64,000 nt of DNA from Acidobacteriota bacterium (lineage in GTDB: Bacteria > Acidobacteriota > UBA890 > WLXD01): positions 96,001-160,000 of the forward strand of contig CBDBHB010000006.1 of assembly GCA_965205505.1 (NCBI GenBank), in the 5' to 3' direction. Below, one piece after another: positions 19,478-33,300 of this stretch. The notes below the pieces were generated by a model. It saw only the letters and a list, made by a program, of their open reading frames with translations, searched no databases and was not told the origin of the DNA. Numbering within the stretch: the stretch's first letter is position 1; every line of letters begins with the position of its first letter. A program made the position numbers and the translations under genes.

Positions 19478-20965
19478 ATGAGCATCACCGCCCAGTACAC
19501 GCTGATCCTGATCGTGTACTTCGCCGGGCTGATGGGCCTCGGCGTCTGGTCGAATCGTCGGACGCAGTCGCGCGATGATTACTTTCTGGCACGCGGCAAG
19601 CTCGGTCCGGGCACCGTCGGTTTCTCCTACTCCGCCACGCAGATGAGCGGCAGTTCCTACATGGGAGGTATCGGGTCGGAGCGCTTGCTCGGCTACAACT
19701 TTTCTCCCGCCGGGGTCACGTCGGCCGCCGCTCCCTGGTTCACCTACGTTCTAGTCGGCGATCGGCTGCAACGGATCGCCAGCCGCATCAAATGCACGAC
19801 GATCATCGACGTGTTCGAGGCGCGCTACTACGGCAAGGCGGTCGGGTTCACGGCAACCGGAATCATGCTGGTGGCGTTCGTGCCGATCGTCGCGGCGCAG
19901 CTGAAGGCGGCCGGCAACGTCTTCGAAGTGTTCCTCGGCATGCCTTATCTCGCCGGCCTCTTCGTGTTCGGCGGCATCGTGGTCCTTTACACGGTGGTTG
20001 GCGGCATGCAGGCGGTGGCGTGGACCGACCTAATCCAGGGATTGATCATGGTCGTCGGCTTCGCGGTTCTGTCGCCGATCGCCGTCAGCGCCTCCGGCGG
20101 ATTCTCGGAGATGCATCGGCAGTACGGCGACATCAACCCCGAGGCGATCTCGTTCCTTGGCGCAATGCCTGCGTTGTGGGTGGTGTCGTCGTTTTTGGTC
20201 TGGGGCTTCTTCCAAATCGGCGGTGCCCCCGCCGCGGTGACGCGGTTCCTGATTCTAGAGGACAAGCGCGCTCTGCGGCGCGCGATGGTCTACTCGGTGA
20301 CGTTCTCGTGCTTCATCTACGTCAACGCCACGCTGATCGCCATCGCCTCGGGCGTGCTGCTGCCGACGCTGGACCAGCCTGATCTGGCGCTGCCGCTGCT
20401 GGTGTCGAACCTCTTGCCACCGATCGTCGGCGGGGTGATCGTCGCCGCTGTGCTTGGCGCAACCATGTCGACCATCGACTCGGTGTTGCTGATGGCGGGC
20501 TCATTGGTGGTTGAGAACATCTACATACCGCTTTCGCGCCGCGCCGTCGACGCGGCACAAGGTCTGAAGATCGCGCGCCTCGCCACACTTGCCCTCGGCG
20601 TTACTGCCTTGCTGATGGCGATCGAGCCGCCGGCGGCGATTCTCTGGATCGTCACCATGGGCTTCAGCCTCATGGCCTCGGCGTTCACCTTTCCCTTGTT
20701 GCTCGGGCTGTGGTGGCCGCGGGCCACGCGTGAGGGCGCGCTCACGGGCATGATCGGCGGCTCCATCGTGTGCGTGCTCTGGTACCTCGCCGGCTACGCG
20801 GTGCACGGGACGTTCAACAACTGGATCGGCGGGCTGTGGCCGGCGCTGATCGGACCGATGGCATCGCTTCTGCTCCTCGTGGTCGTCAGCTGCCTGACGC
20901 CACCGCCACCGGAGGGGGTGCAGGAGCTGTTCTTTGCCGACAGCGAAGACGTAGCTACCCTGTGA
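19478..20965 (+). CDS. Sodium:solute symporter (PutP/PanF-like)
   Basis: DYFLARGKLG, YTVVGGMQAVAWTD, ATMSTIDS, GLWWPRAT. Confidence 0.92.
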   Translation: MSITAQYTLILIVYFAGLMGLGVWSNRRTQSRDDYFLARGKLGPGTVGFSYSATQMSGSSYMGGIGSERLLGYNFSPAGVTSAAAPWFTYVLVGDRLQRIASRIKCTTIIDVFEARYYGKAVGFTATGIMLVAFVPIVAAQLKAAGNVFEVFLGMPYLAGLFVFGGIVVLYTVVGGMQAVAWTDLIQGLIMVVGFAVLSPIAVSASGGFSEMHRQYGDINPEAISFLGAMPALWVVSSFLVWGFFQIGGAPAAVTRFLILEDKRALRRAMVYSVTFSCFIYVNATLIAIASGVLLPTLDQPDLALPLLVSNLLPPIVGGVIVAAVLGATMSTIDSVLLMAGSLVVENIYIPLSRRAVDAAQGLKIARLATLALGVTALLMAIEPPAAILWIVTMGFSLMASAFTFPLLLGLWWPRATREGALTGMIGGSIVCVLWYLAGYAVHGTFNNWIGGLWPALIGPMASLLLLVVVSCLTPPPPEGVQELFFADSEDVATL

Positions 20966-21111
20966 GGCGCAGACGCGCTCAGTCAGCCTGCAGCGCCCGC
21001 ACCGGGTCCACGCGGGCGGCAGGCTTGCAAGTCCGTCCTCGGACACTGCTTTGTGCCCGAAAGTGTCAGAATCGTGCACTATAGCTAGCGGACTGCAGAG
21101 CCAGGAGCGTC

Positions 21112-23175
<2,064 letters not shown>

Positions 23176-24171
23176 ATGGCGGGAGTGCCCGCGTCGGAGC
23201 TAGCGGCGAGCATTCGCGCCGGTGATCGGTCGTCGCTGGCTCGTGGCATCACCCTGATCGAGAGCGCTCTCGCCGAAGATCAAAGGCGCGCCGAGGAGCT
23301 ACTCGAGGAGCTTGCACCCCATATCGGTGATGCTTGGCGCATTGGCGTGAGCGGCGTGCCCGGGGTCGGCAAAAGCACGTTCATCGATGCGCTCGGTGCC
23401 TGGCTGGTCGATCGGAACCACCACGTTGCGGTGCTGGCGGTCGATCCGTCGTCGACGCTGTCGGGCGGCAGCATCATGGGCGACAAGACGCAGATGGCGC
23501 GCCTCTCGAAGCTCGACAACGCCTTCGTGCGACCCACGCCGTCCGCACAGACTCTCGGCGGCGTGGCATCGAGGACGCGGGAGGCGATGCTGCTGTGCGA
23601 TGCAGCCGGGTTCGATGTGGTGATGGTCGAGACCGTCGGCGTCGGACAGTCCGAGACCGTGGTCGCCGACATGGTCGACTGCTTCCTCGTGCTCATGCTC
23701 CCTGGAGCGGGCGACGAGCTGCAAGGAATCAAGAAGGGCATCCTCGAGATCGCCGACATCGTGGCGGTCAACAAGGCCGACGGCAGCAACATCGGACGCG
23801 CCCGCGAGGCTGTTGCCGACTATAGCGCTGCGCTTGGTTACAAACGCTCTGAGCCGACCGGCTGGCGTCGCCGTGCTGCCATGACCAGCGCCGCCACCGG
23901 TGACGGCATTCCCGAAATCTGGGCCCTGGTGGAAGAGCATCGCACCACGCTGGCGGGTAGTGGCGAGCTCGCCGAGCGTCGACGAGGCCAGCGCATCAAG
24001 TGGATGTGGGGGCTGATCGAGGAAACCTTGGTCCGCGACTTCCGGGCGCGCGGGGAGTCTTCCGGGTATGTGGCTGCCACCGAGCAGGCGTTGCTCGACG
24101 GTATGGTCACCCCGCGCCGTGCGGCACGAGAGCTCATGGCACGTCTGGCCGGTGAACCGGATTCCCACTGA
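23176..24171 (+). CDS. meaB: MCM-associated GTPase MeaB
   Basis: GVPGVGKST, AVDPSS..SGGSIMGDKT, ETVGVGQSE, GDELQGIKKG. Confidence 0.95.
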   Translation: MAGVPASELAASIRAGDRSSLARGITLIESALAEDQRRAEELLEELAPHIGDAWRIGVSGVPGVGKSTFIDALGAWLVDRNHHVAVLAVDPSSTLSGGSIMGDKTQMARLSKLDNAFVRPTPSAQTLGGVASRTREAMLLCDAAGFDVVMVETVGVGQSETVVADMVDCFLVLMLPGAGDELQGIKKGILEIADIVAVNKADGSNIGRAREAVADYSAALGYKRSEPTGWRRRAAMTSAATGDGIPEIWALVEEHRTTLAGSGELAERRRGQRIKWMWGLIEETLVRDFRARGESSGYVAATEQALLDGMVTPRRAARELMARLAGEPDSH

Positions 24172-24371
24172 ACTTGTGGAAATCCCTGTGGAAGAGCGCC
24201 GCCGTTTAGCACCTCCGTGCCGTAGGGTCGGCGACTTCTCCGTTTTGCACCACACACGGTGCAGCTCTACGCCGTTTGCCGAAAGGGCTCGTAGCTTGTT
24301 AGCTATCGGCCCTCTCAGCTCACAACATAGAGGTGTGAAGAATGTTGAAGACGATCCCGCCTGACTGTCGC

Positions 24372-26951
24372 ATGCTCACTCGTTCCATATGGCTCGTTCT
24401 GCTAGTCACGGTGTTGGTTGGGGCTCCGTCCGTTGCCCAGGAAAGCGCCCAGGGGGTGCGCGCCAACCGCGAGCTGGCGATGCGGTTCAGCCAGGACAAG
24501 ATGGACAAAATGATCTTCGACACCCAGGTGCAGCCACACTGGCTCGAGGGTAGCGATCGCTTCTGGTACTCGTGGGAAAGCTCGGAAGGCAAGAGCTTCT
24601 GGCTGGTCGATCCCACACGTCGCAGCAAGACGCCGATCTTCGACAACGACGACATGGCGGCGCAACTCACCCTGCTCACCAAGGATCCTCACGACGCCAA
24701 GCACCTGCCGATCGAAAAGATCCGCTGGGTAAACGACAACACCGCCATACAGTTCGATGTCGTCAGCTCGCTCGACGAGGAACGCGATGCGTCCGAAGGT
24801 GATCAGCAGGAAGAAGATTCCGCACGCCGCCGCAAGCCGAAGAAGAAGGTGCACCACTTCGAGTACGAGCTCGGCACCGGCCAGGTGCGTGAGCTCACAG
24901 ACTTCGACGCACCCGCCGACCATCCCGAGTGGGCTGCCATCTCTCCCGACAAGCGGTGGGTGTTGTTCGGGCGCGCTTACGACCTCTACATGATGGACGC
25001 CGCCAACTATCAGAAGTACCTGGAGAAGGAGAAGGCGAAGAAGGATTCCGGCGAGGGCGATGACGAGGATGACGCCGACGATGAGCAGGAATCCGACCTT
25101 GATCCTGACCTCGAGGAGATCCGTCTGACACAGGACGGCGAGCAACACTATGCCTACTTGCGGCGGCAGCGCGGCATGACCGACAAAGAGCGCGTCAAGA
25201 AACTGGGCCGTCGACAGCCGGTTGCCGTTACCTGGTCGCGCGACTCCTCGAAGTTTGCTCTCGAGCGCGCCGATCGTCGCGAGGTCGACGAGCTCTGGGT
25301 GATCAATGCCGTGGCCGAGCCGCGCCCGACGCTCGAGACCTACCGCTACGAGATGCCCGGTGAGGAACACGTCACCCAATCGGAGATCTGGGTGTTCGAC
25401 ATCGCGGCGCGGCAGGGCAAGAAGATCGACACGGAGCGATTCACCGATCAGACGGTGAACATCCTCAGCGCTCGGCAGTTCCCGCGCCCCGACGCCGAGG
25501 ACCCGATCCCGTCACTGTGGCTGTCGGAAAGTGCCAACGAGCTCTATTTTGGCCGCTTCAGCCGCGACCTCAAGCGCTACGACGTTGCAGTGGCTGACCT
25601 GGGGTCGGGTTCTACCCGGGTGTTGATCGAGGAGCGCCTCAATACTTACGTGGAAATCCAGCCGGTCGAGCTGCTCAGCACCGGCGAGATCGTCTGGTGG
25701 TCGGAGCGTGACGGCTGGGGCCATTACTACCTCTACGGCTCAGATGGCAACGTGCGCAATCGCATCACCTCGGGCCCGTACTCTGGCCGGCGCATCGAGG
25801 GCGTCGATGACGTCAAACGAGTCTTGTACTTCACCGCCAACGCGCACGAGGAGGGCGAAGACCCGTACTACACACACCTGTACCGCGTTCGACTCGATGG
25901 CACCGGCCTGACGCTGCTCAACCCCGGCGACGCTAACCACCAAACCAGCATCAGCGAGAGCAACGACTACTTCGTCGACAACCTGTCGCGCGTCGATACC
26001 GTGCCGATGTCAGTGTTGCATGACGGCGACGGCGAGGTGTTGATGGAGCTCGAGCAGGCTGATCTGTCGCTCCTGATGGAGGCCGGCTACGAGTTCCCCG
26101 AGCCGTTCGTGGTCAAGGCGGACGACGGCGTGACCAACCTCTACGGCGTGGTGTACAGGCCATTCGACTTCGACGAGAGCCGCAGCTACCCGATCATCGC
26201 CTACGTCTATCCGGGGCCGCAGACCGAAGCCGTCACCAAGTCGTTCAACACCCGGGCGCAAAACGTCCACCTGGCGCAGCTCGGCTTCGTGGTTATCGAA
26301 GTCGGAAACCGCGGTGGCCATCCGGCGCGCTCGAAGTGGTACCACAACTACGGATACGGCGATCTGCGTGACTATGGCCTGGCCGATAAGAAGGCTGCCA
26401 TCGAGCAGCTGGCGCTGCGCCACGACTACGTCGATATCGACCGGGTGGGGATCTTTGGACACTCCGGCGGCGGCTTCATGTCAACCGCCGCGATGCTCGT
26501 CTACCCCGACTTCTTCAAGGTGGCGGTGTCCTCGTCCGGCAACCACGAGAACCAGATCTACAACCGCTGGTGGAGCGAGAAGCACCACGGTGTGAAAGAG
26601 GTCATCGACGACGAAGGCAACGTCAGCTTCGAGTACGGCATCGAGACCAATTCGCAGTTGGCCAAGAACCTGAAAGGCAAGCTGTTGCTTACCACCGGCG
26701 ATATCGACAACAACGTTCACCCATCGCTGACTTACCGAATGGCCCACGCCCTCATCAAAGCCAACAAGCGCTTCGACTTCTTCGTGTTCCCGGGTGAGCG
26801 CCACGGCTATCGCGAGACTGCCGACTACTGGGCGTGGCTACGGGCAGAGTACTTCTGCGAGCACTTGCTAGGCGATCGGCCCGGCGGCGTCGACATGGAG
26901 GTGCTGAACCGGGAGATCGGCATGACCGGGGAATCGGGGATGGATCGCTAG
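24372..26951 (+). CDS. S9B dipeptidyl-peptidase IV family protein (secreted)
   Basis: Signal peptide, YVYPGP, GHSGGG nucleophile, DNNVH, HGY. Confidence 0.92.
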   Translation: MLTRSIWLVLLVTVLVGAPSVAQESAQGVRANRELAMRFSQDKMDKMIFDTQVQPHWLEGSDRFWYSWESSEGKSFWLVDPTRRSKTPIFDNDDMAAQLTLLTKDPHDAKHLPIEKIRWVNDNTAIQFDVVSSLDEERDASEGDQQEEDSARRRKPKKKVHHFEYELGTGQVRELTDFDAPADHPEWAAISPDKRWVLFGRAYDLYMMDAANYQKYLEKEKAKKDSGEGDDEDDADDEQESDLDPDLEEIRLTQDGEQHYAYLRRQRGMTDKERVKKLGRRQPVAVTWSRDSSKFALERADRREVDELWVINAVAEPRPTLETYRYEMPGEEHVTQSEIWVFDIAARQGKKIDTERFTDQTVNILSARQFPRPDAEDPIPSLWLSESANELYFGRFSRDLKRYDVAVADLGSGSTRVLIEERLNTYVEIQPVELLSTGEIVWWSERDGWGHYYLYGSDGNVRNRITSGPYSGRRIEGVDDVKRVLYFTANAHEEGEDPYYTHLYRVRLDGTGLTLLNPGDANHQTSISESNDYFVDNLSRVDTVPMSVLHDGDGEVLMELEQADLSLLMEAGYEFPEPFVVKADDGVTNLYGVVYRPFDFDESRSYPIIAYVYPGPQTEAVTKSFNTRAQNVHLAQLGFVVIEVGNRGGHPARSKWYHNYGYGDLRDYGLADKKAAIEQLALRHDYVDIDRVGIFGHSGGGFMSTAAMLVYPDFFKVAVSSSGNHENQIYNRWWSEKHHGVKEVIDDEGNVSFEYGIETNSQLAKNLKGKLLLTTGDIDNNVHPSLTYRMAHALIKANKRFDFFVFPGERHGYRETADYWAWLRAEYFCEHLLGDRPGGVDMEVLNREIGMTGESGMDR

Positions 26952-26984
26952 CAGGCCCGCCACACTTCCACCACGGTCTGCTAG
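26948..26984. repeat. Short palindromic repeat, type A
   Basis: ctagcaggcccgccacacttccaccacggtctgctag. The first TAG is the peptidase stop. Confidence 0.8.
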
Positions 26985-27028
26985 GCGAAGCGGACCATCC
27001 GCGGGAGCGATTCGCCGGGAACCTTCTG

Positions 27029-28858
27029 TCAGCCGGCGATTTTGCTCGCTGCCTTGATGGCGCGCCGCCGCTCATTTTCCGTCAGATGACGCTTGCGCAG
27101 CCGCAGGTTCCGCGGCGTGACCTCCACCAACTCGTCGTCTTCGATGAACTCCAGCGCCTGCTCCAGCGACATGCGTAGCGGCGGCGTTAACACGATGTTG
27201 TCGTCGCGGCCGGCGGCGCGCATGTTGCTGAGCTTCTTGCCCTTGAGCGGGTTGACCGGGAGGTCGGCGGAACGCGAATTCAAGCCGACGACCTGCCCCT
27301 CGTAGATCTTCTCGCCGGGGCCGATGAACAGCTGGCCGCGCTCCTGCAAATTGTTTAGCGAGAACCCCAGCGAGGTGCCTTCGGCCATCGATACCAGCAC
27401 GCCGTTGGCGCGACGCTGGCGGGCGATCTTCTGCACGGGGCCGTAGTGGTGGAAGCTGTGCACCATGATGCCGCTGCCCGAGGTCGTCGTACGGAACTCG
27501 GTCTGAAAGCCGATGAGCCCACGCGACGGGATGACGTAGTCGAGCCGCACACGGCCTTCTCCGTCGGGGCGCATGTCTTGCAGGTCGCCGCCGCGTCCGC
27601 CGAGTGCCTCCATGATGGCGCCCTGGTGGCGGTCCTCGACATCGACGCTGAGCTGCTCGAAGGGCTCATGGCGCTGGCCGTCGATCTCGCGCACGATGAC
27701 ACGGGGCCGCGATACCGCCAGTTCGTACCCCTCTCGCCGCATGTTTTCCAGCAGGATCGACAGGTGTAGCTCGCCGCGGCCAGAGACCCGAAACTTGTCT
27801 GGGTTCTCGGTCTCGGCTACCTCCAGCGCGACGTTGTGCAGGGTCTCGCGGCGCAGACGCTCGCGCAGCTGTCGGCTGGTGACGAACTTGCCCTCCGTGC
27901 CGGCAAACGGGGAGATGTTGGTCTCGAAGGTCATGGCGATCGTCGGCTGGTCGACGACCAGGGCCGGCAGCGGCTCGATGTGCGCTGGGTCGCACAGAGT
28001 GTCGGAGATGCGCGGATGTTCTACGCCGCTGAACGCAACGATGTCGCCGGCGCCCGCTTCCTCGATCTCGCTGCGCTCGAGACCATGGAACCCGAGCACC
28101 TGCAACACACGTTCCTGGCGTTCCTTGTCGGCTGCGTCGACGACCGTCACCCGCGCGTTGCGCCGCAACGTGCCGCGCGCGATGCGGCCGATCCCGATGG
28201 CGCCGACGTAGCTGGAGTAGTCGAGCGAGCTGACCTGGAGCTGCAACGGTCCGTCCGGATCGACGTCCGGTGCCGGGACATGCTCGACTACGGCTTCGAA
28301 CAGCGGCGTCATGTCGCTGCCAGGTTGCGCCAGGTCGAGGGTTGCGGTGCCGTGCACGGCAGACGTGTAGATCACCGGGAAGTCGAGCTGCTCATCGCTG
28401 GCGCCGAGCCGGATGAACAACTCGAATGTCTGATCCAGCGCCCAGTCGGCCCTGGCGGCATCGCGATCGATCTTGTTGATCACCACGATGGGGCGCAGGC
28501 CATGCGAGAACGCTTTCTGGGTGACGAACCGTGTTTGCGGCATCGGTCCATCGACCGCATCGACCAACAGCAGCACGGAGTCGACCATCGACAGCACCCG
28601 CTCCACCTCGCCGCCGAAGTCGGCGTGACCCGGCGTGTCGACGATGTTGATGCTGTACTCGTGCCACCGAATCGCGATGTTCTTCGACAGGATCGTGATG
28701 CCGCGCTCGCGTTCCAGATCGTTGGAGTCGAGGAGCCGCTCGCGGTGCTCGATGCGCGCGTCGAAGGTCCCGGACTGCTTCAGCAGCTCGTCGACCAGCG
28801 TGGTTTTGCCATGGTCGACGTGCGCGATGATGGCGATATTTCGGAGGTTCTGAGTCAT
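27029..28858 (-). CDS. typA: Translational GTPase TypA/BipA
   Basis: [38 protein letters not shown]. Confidence 0.98.
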   Translation of the reverse strand: MTQNLRNIAIIAHVDHGKTTLVDELLKQSGTFDARIEHRERLLDSNDLERERGITILSKNIAIRWHEYSINIVDTPGHADFGGEVERVLSMVDSVLLLVDAVDGPMPQTRFVTQKAFSHGLRPIVVINKIDRDAARADWALDQTFELFIRLGASDEQLDFPVIYTSAVHGTATLDLAQPGSDMTPLFEAVVEHVPAPDVDPDGPLQLQVSSLDYSSYVGAIGIGRIARGTLRRNARVTVVDAADKERQERVLQVLGFHGLERSEIEEAGAGDIVAFSGVEHPRISDTLCDPAHIEPLPALVVDQPTIAMTFETNISPFAGTEGKFVTSRQLRERLRRETLHNVALEVAETENPDKFRVSGRGELHLSILLENMRREGYELAVSRPRVIVREIDGQRHEPFEQLSVDVEDRHQGAIMEALGGRGGDLQDMRPDGEGRVRLDYVIPSRGLIGFQTEFRTTTSGSGIMVHSFHHYGPVQKIARQRRANGVLVSMAEGTSLGFSLNNLQERGQLFIGPGEKIYEGQVVGLNSRSADLPVNPLKGKKLSNMRAAGRDDNIVLTPPLRMSLEQALEFIEDDELVEVTPRNLRLRKRHLTENERRRAIKAASKIAG

Positions 28859-29082
28859 GGCTGTGAGCAGACGAGCACCCGTTCCGGGTGGTATCGGGAG
28901 GTGACCGTACCCGACCAGCACGACCAGACCACCATTGTAGCTGGGTCCTGTCGGCACCGTTCGCATCGTCGCGCCGCCAGGCGAGCGGAAACCAATCCCC
29001 GGCTTGGCACCAACTATCTCTCGACTGTTACAGTGAGCAACGAGCGACGAACGACTCCACTGAAGGGTGGCGAGGAGCAGCC

Positions 29083-30123
29083 ATGTTGATCAGAAAGCGG
29101 CGCGGGTGGGAGATCCCGGAGCGCGAGGTCACTCCGGAGAGCATCTATCTGAATCGCCGCAAGGTTCTGCAGGGAATGGGGCTGGCGGCGATCGGCGCAG
29201 GGGGTGCGTACGGGGCGTCGAGGGCGCTGGCCAACGGCGGGCTGATGATGCAACAGGCGGTTTCCATGCCCGACTCGGTGGTCTACCCGAGCGGCCCTGC
29301 GGCCGACCTGTACCCGGCGACTCCTCATCCACGCTTGACGCTCGAGGACGCGGGTCGACCCCTGACTGAGCCGGCATTGACGCATGCCTACAACAACTTT
29401 TACGAGTTCGAGACGCCCAAGCAGAGCGTATGGCGCAACGTTGGCAACTTCCAGACCGAGCCCTGGGCTTTCGAGGTGACGGGGCTGGTCAGCAAGCCGG
29501 GCACCTATGACCTCGAGGAAGTGATGCGCAAGATGCCGCTCGAGGAGCGCGTCTGTCGTTTCCGCTGCGTCGAGCGCTGGGCCGCGGTGATCCCGTGGTC
29601 GGGCTTTCCGTTTCGGTCGTTCCTCGAGCTCGTCGAGCCGCAGCCGCGCGCCAAATACGTCGCCATGTACACGGCCAATCGGCCGGACGAGATGCCCGGC
29701 ATTAGGTCGCAGTCGTGGTACCCGTGGCCGTACCACGACGGCTTGTCGATCGAGGAGGCCAACAACGAGCTGGCGTTCCTGGTCACGGGCTCCTACGGCA
29801 AGCCGAACCCGAAGCAAAACGGCGCCCCGATCAGGTTCATCACGCCGTGGAAGTTCGGCTTCAAGCAGGTGAAATCGATCGTCAAGTTCGACTTCGTCGA
29901 GCGCCAGCCACGCACCTTCTGGAGCGATTCGCAGCCCAACGAATACGGGTTCTGGGCCAACATCAATCCAAAGGTCCCACACCCGCGCTGGTCGCAAGCG
30001 AAGGAATGGTTGATCAACAACGGCGACGTCTACGATACGCAGATCTACAACGGGTACGGCGAGTGGGTGGCTGACATGTACGCGCCGATGGAGAAGGAGC
30101 TCGGTCTCTGGCTCTACCGCTGA
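29083..30123 (+). CDS. msrP: Protein-methionine-sulfoxide reductase catalytic subunit
   Basis: VTPE..YLNRR Tat motif, YNNFYEF, RCVERW, QNGAPIR, EYGFWAN, HPRWSQA. Confidence 0.93.
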   Translation: MLIRKRRGWEIPEREVTPESIYLNRRKVLQGMGLAAIGAGGAYGASRALANGGLMMQQAVSMPDSVVYPSGPAADLYPATPHPRLTLEDAGRPLTEPALTHAYNNFYEFETPKQSVWRNVGNFQTEPWAFEVTGLVSKPGTYDLEEVMRKMPLEERVCRFRCVERWAAVIPWSGFPFRSFLELVEPQPRAKYVAMYTANRPDEMPGIRSQSWYPWPYHDGLSIEEANNELAFLVTGSYGKPNPKQNGAPIRFITPWKFGFKQVKSIVKFDFVERQPRTFWSDSQPNEYGFWANINPKVPHPRWSQAKEWLINNGDVYDTQIYNGYGEWVADMYAPMEKELGLWLYR

Positions 30124-32181
30124 TCAGTCGCGGTCGATGACTGCGTCGAGGTCGGTTGTCGGAGCCTCACAGGCGTAGTTGCGGCAGGCGAAATACAGCG
30201 GTCTCGCGGTTTCCGAGACGATCGCCTTGCCGGCCAGCAGTGGTACCTCAGTCTCCAGCGCCTCGAGATCGGCCGCTTCGGGATCGAGACCGACGACGAT
30301 CTCGTGCGGTGCGAATCGGCGCCAGAGCTTGGCCAACGCCGCCCTGCTGGCGGGGTCCTCCGCCCCACCCAGAACTACCACCTCACTGTGCTCAGAGAGG
30401 TGGTCGTCGAGCGCCAGGTTCATCTGCGCAAACGCCGACGGCATGCGCTCCATGAACGACGCGAAGGCCTCCAGCGTCTGTAGGGCGGCCTTAGCGTAGC
30501 GGCTCTCGCCGGTGAGCCGGGCGAGTCGCTGCAGCCAGATGGCAGCGACGGCGTTGCCGGCCGGCGTGGCGCCGTCTTGACCCGCCTTCGAGGTTGTCAG
30601 CAGCTCCTCGTGGTCGGTCCCGGTGAACGCGAAGCCACCCTCGGCGTCGCCAAACAACTCCAGGAGCCCGTCGGCCAGCTCGCGGGCATGGCGTAGCCAA
30701 CGAAGCTCGAACGTCGACTCGAACAGCTCGATGCACGCCCAGAGCATGTTGGCGTAGCCATCGAGATAGGCGAGCAACTTGGTGGTGCCAGCGCGGTGCG
30801 TGTGCAGCAGACGCCCATCGCGTCGCATCGTCTCCAGTACGAATTCCGCTGCCCTGATTGCCGAATCCAGGTAGCGTCGATCGTCGAGCACTCGATAGCC
30901 GCGCGCCATGGCAGCAATCATGAGGCCGTTCCAATCGCTCAGGATCTTGTCGTCGAGGCCTGGTCTAATGCGGCTGTCGCGGGCCTCGAGAAGCTGCTCA
31001 CGGCAGCCCGCCAGGCGCTCGCGGAGTACTTCCGGAGCTTCCTCCAGCTCACCTGCCAGCTGCTCCAGCGAGCGCGGGAGATGAAGGATGTTGGTGCCCT
31101 CCCAGTTGCCGCTGGCGTTGACACCGTAGGCGCGCCCGAAAACCTCAGCGTTGTCTCCCAGCAGCGCCTCTAGCTCCGTCGCGTCCCAGACGTAGTACTT
31201 GCCCTCCACTCCCTCGCTGTCGGCATCGAGGGTGGAGTAGTAGCCACCGTCACTCGACTGCATCTCGCGAGCCACCCAGTCGAGCGTCTCCGAAACCGTG
31301 TCAGCCAGCGTCTGCTTGCCAGTGAGCTGATACGCCTCCAGGTAGGCCGTGGCCAGCAACGCGTTGTCGTAGAGCATCTTCTCGAAGTGCGGAACCAACC
31401 AGCGCGCGTCGGTTGCGTACCGATGGAAGCCGCCGCCGACCTGATCGTAAATACCGCCGGCCGCCATCTGATCGAGGGTGAACAGAGCCTCCTGCAGCAG
31501 GCCGGTGTCGTTGCGCGCGGTAGCGTGGCGAAGCAGCAGCGAGATCGACATGCTGTTGGGAAACTTCGGTGCTGCCCCGAAGCCGCCGTAGTTGGGGTCG
31601 AAGCGCGCGTGCAACTCCATCGCAGCGCGCTGGATCAGATTGTGGTCGAGGGACGCTTGGGCCCTGCTCACTCGCGGCGCCTGCAGGTGTTCGAGGAGCT
31701 GTGCACCGGTGGCCTCGATCTCGTCGCGGCGGTTGGCGTAGGCATCGGCAACACCGTGCAGCACCTGCGTGAAGCTCGGCATCCCGTGGCGCGGCTCGGG
31801 TGGGTAGTAGGTGCCTCCGAAGAACGGGCGCAAATCAGGAGCCAAGAACGCCGTTAGCGGCCAGCCGCCGCGCCCGGTCATCATCTGCACTGCGCGCATG
31901 TAGATATCGTCGATATCGGGGCGCTCCTCTCGATCGACCTTGATGCAGACGAAGTGCTCATTCATGAGCTCGGCGGTTGCCGGGTTCTCGAACGACTCGC
32001 GCTCCATCACGTGGCACCAATGGCACGCGGCATAGCCGACGCTCAACAGAATAGGCTTGTCTTCGGCGCCGGCGCGGTCGAGCGCCGCCTTGCCCCACGG
32101 GTACCAATTGACCGGGTTTGAGGCGTGCTGGAGCAGGTAGGGACTGGTCTCCTCACCGAGGTGGTTGCGGCTGTGGGACAT
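30124..32181 (-). CDS. Thioredoxin domain protein (YyaL/SSP411 family)
   Basis: [37 protein letters not shown]. Confidence 0.93.
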   Translation of the reverse strand: MSHSRNHLGEETSPYLLQHASNPVNWYPWGKAALDRAGAEDKPILLSVGYAACHWCHVMERESFENPATAELMNEHFVCIKVDREERPDIDDIYMRAVQMMTGRGGWPLTAFLAPDLRPFFGGTYYPPEPRHGMPSFTQVLHGVADAYANRRDEIEATGAQLLEHLQAPRVSRAQASLDHNLIQRAAMELHARFDPNYGGFGAAPKFPNSMSISLLLRHATARNDTGLLQEALFTLDQMAAGGIYDQVGGGFHRYATDARWLVPHFEKMLYDNALLATAYLEAYQLTGKQTLADTVSETLDWVAREMQSSDGGYYSTLDADSEGVEGKYYVWDATELEALLGDNAEVFGRAYGVNASGNWEGTNILHLPRSLEQLAGELEEAPEVLRERLAGCREQLLEARDSRIRPGLDDKILSDWNGLMIAAMARGYRVLDDRRYLDSAIRAAEFVLETMRRDGRLLHTHRAGTTKLLAYLDGYANMLWACIELFESTFELRWLRHARELADGLLELFGDAEGGFAFTGTDHEELLTTSKAGQDGATPAGNAVAAIWLQRLARLTGESRYAKAALQTLEAFASFMERMPSAFAQMNLALDDHLSEHSEVVVLGGAEDPASRAALAKLWRRFAPHEIVVGLDPEAADLEALETEVPLLAGKAIVSETARPLYFACRNYACEAPTTDLDAVIDRD

Positions 32182-32283
32182 CAGGGGGCTCCGGTCGAGT
32201 TTCGGTGCAAGCATCGGTTGCCGCGGGTCGGTCAGGCTCCCTCGGATTTGCGGGTGCCACCCGGCGTTCGCTACCTTGTCAGT

Positions 32284-33282
32284 ATGTACTCCCGACAGCA
32301 ATCACCGCTGCGCAGCTCGGTACTAGTGACGCTGGGACTGACTTTGGTGGTCAGCGGTGCCAGTGCCCAGCAGGCGCCCGGCTTCCGCACGTCGGTCGAT
32401 ATCGTGCGGCACAGCGTTGCCGTGCTCGACTCACGTGGAGAGCCGGTTCCGGGGTTGCAGGCAGCCGATTTCAGGATCCGGGAAGACGGCGTGCTGCAGG
32501 AGATCAGCGTATTTCTGGCGCCGGGGTCGACACCGCTCGACGTGGCGCTGGTCCTCGATTCGAGCACCAGCCTCTTGCATTGGTCGCGCGTCGTACGCAA
32601 CGCCGCCAAGACGTTTTTGCGACGGCTCGACGTGCGTGACTGTGTCTACCTGCTGCCGTTCAACGACGTAGTCGGCCCAGGCAGATGGGCGCGGTCCTTC
32701 GAGCCGGCGCTTGCGGCGCGCGTCGACGGCATCTTCATGGATGGCGGCACGGCGCTGCACGATGCCCTGATCGACGGGTTGAGCACCGTGTACTCGATGA
32801 GCACCGGTCGCCCTCGCATCGAGCTCGACTCCCGCGCCGGAGAGGTCGCCGATCGGGGATCATGCAGCTCGCGCTCCGAGGCCGACGCCAACTCCAGCCC
32901 GACCCGGCGCGCCGCCCTGGTGCTGCTGACCGATGGTGATGACCACGACAGCGAGCGCCGCTTCGACGAGGTTCTCGACGCCGCGCGTGAGACGGCAGTC
33001 CCGGTTTTCCCGATGATGCTCGGCGCGGCGCGAAGCGATGAGCGGCTACGTGAGAAGCTCAGCCGGCTCGCCGGCGAGACCGGAGGCACGATCATCGACG
33101 CCATCCGACCCGATGAGCTCGCGAGTGCCTACGACGATGTGGTGATCATGCTGCGGGCGTCGTACTTGCTCGGCTACGATCCGCAGAGCCCCGCAGCGCA
33201 ACCGGTTCGTCAGCGGCACGTCTCGGTGCGCTCGCGGCGACCGAGCTATCGGCTGGTGTTCCGCGAGTACTACTACCGCTAG
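32284..33282 (+). CDS. VWA-domain protein (acidobacterial VWFA type)
   Basis: Signal peptide, VLDSSTS MIDAS, GGTALHD, LLTDGDD, YLLGY. Confidence 0.85.
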   Translation: MYSRQQSPLRSSVLVTLGLTLVVSGASAQQAPGFRTSVDIVRHSVAVLDSRGEPVPGLQAADFRIREDGVLQEISVFLAPGSTPLDVALVLDSSTSLLHWSRVVRNAAKTFLRRLDVRDCVYLLPFNDVVGPGRWARSFEPALAARVDGIFMDGGTALHDALIDGLSTVYSMSTGRPRIELDSRAGEVADRGSCSSRSEADANSSPTRRAALVLLTDGDDHDSERRFDEVLDAARETAVPVFPMMLGAARSDERLREKLSRLAGETGGTIIDAIRPDELASAYDDVVIMLRASYLLGYDPQSPAAQPVRQRHVSVRSRRPSYRLVFREYYYR

Positions 33283-33300
33283 TGCAGCACTAGTGCGTCG

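Noticed and set aside
24174-24196. Two DnaA-box-like 9-mers (TGTGGAAAT, TGTGGAAGA)
   Set aside because: Each has mismatches and no AT-rich unwinding element is adjacent.
29083-30123. msrP without adjacent msrQ
   Set aside because: The partner may be elsewhere in the genome, which cannot be judged from this window.
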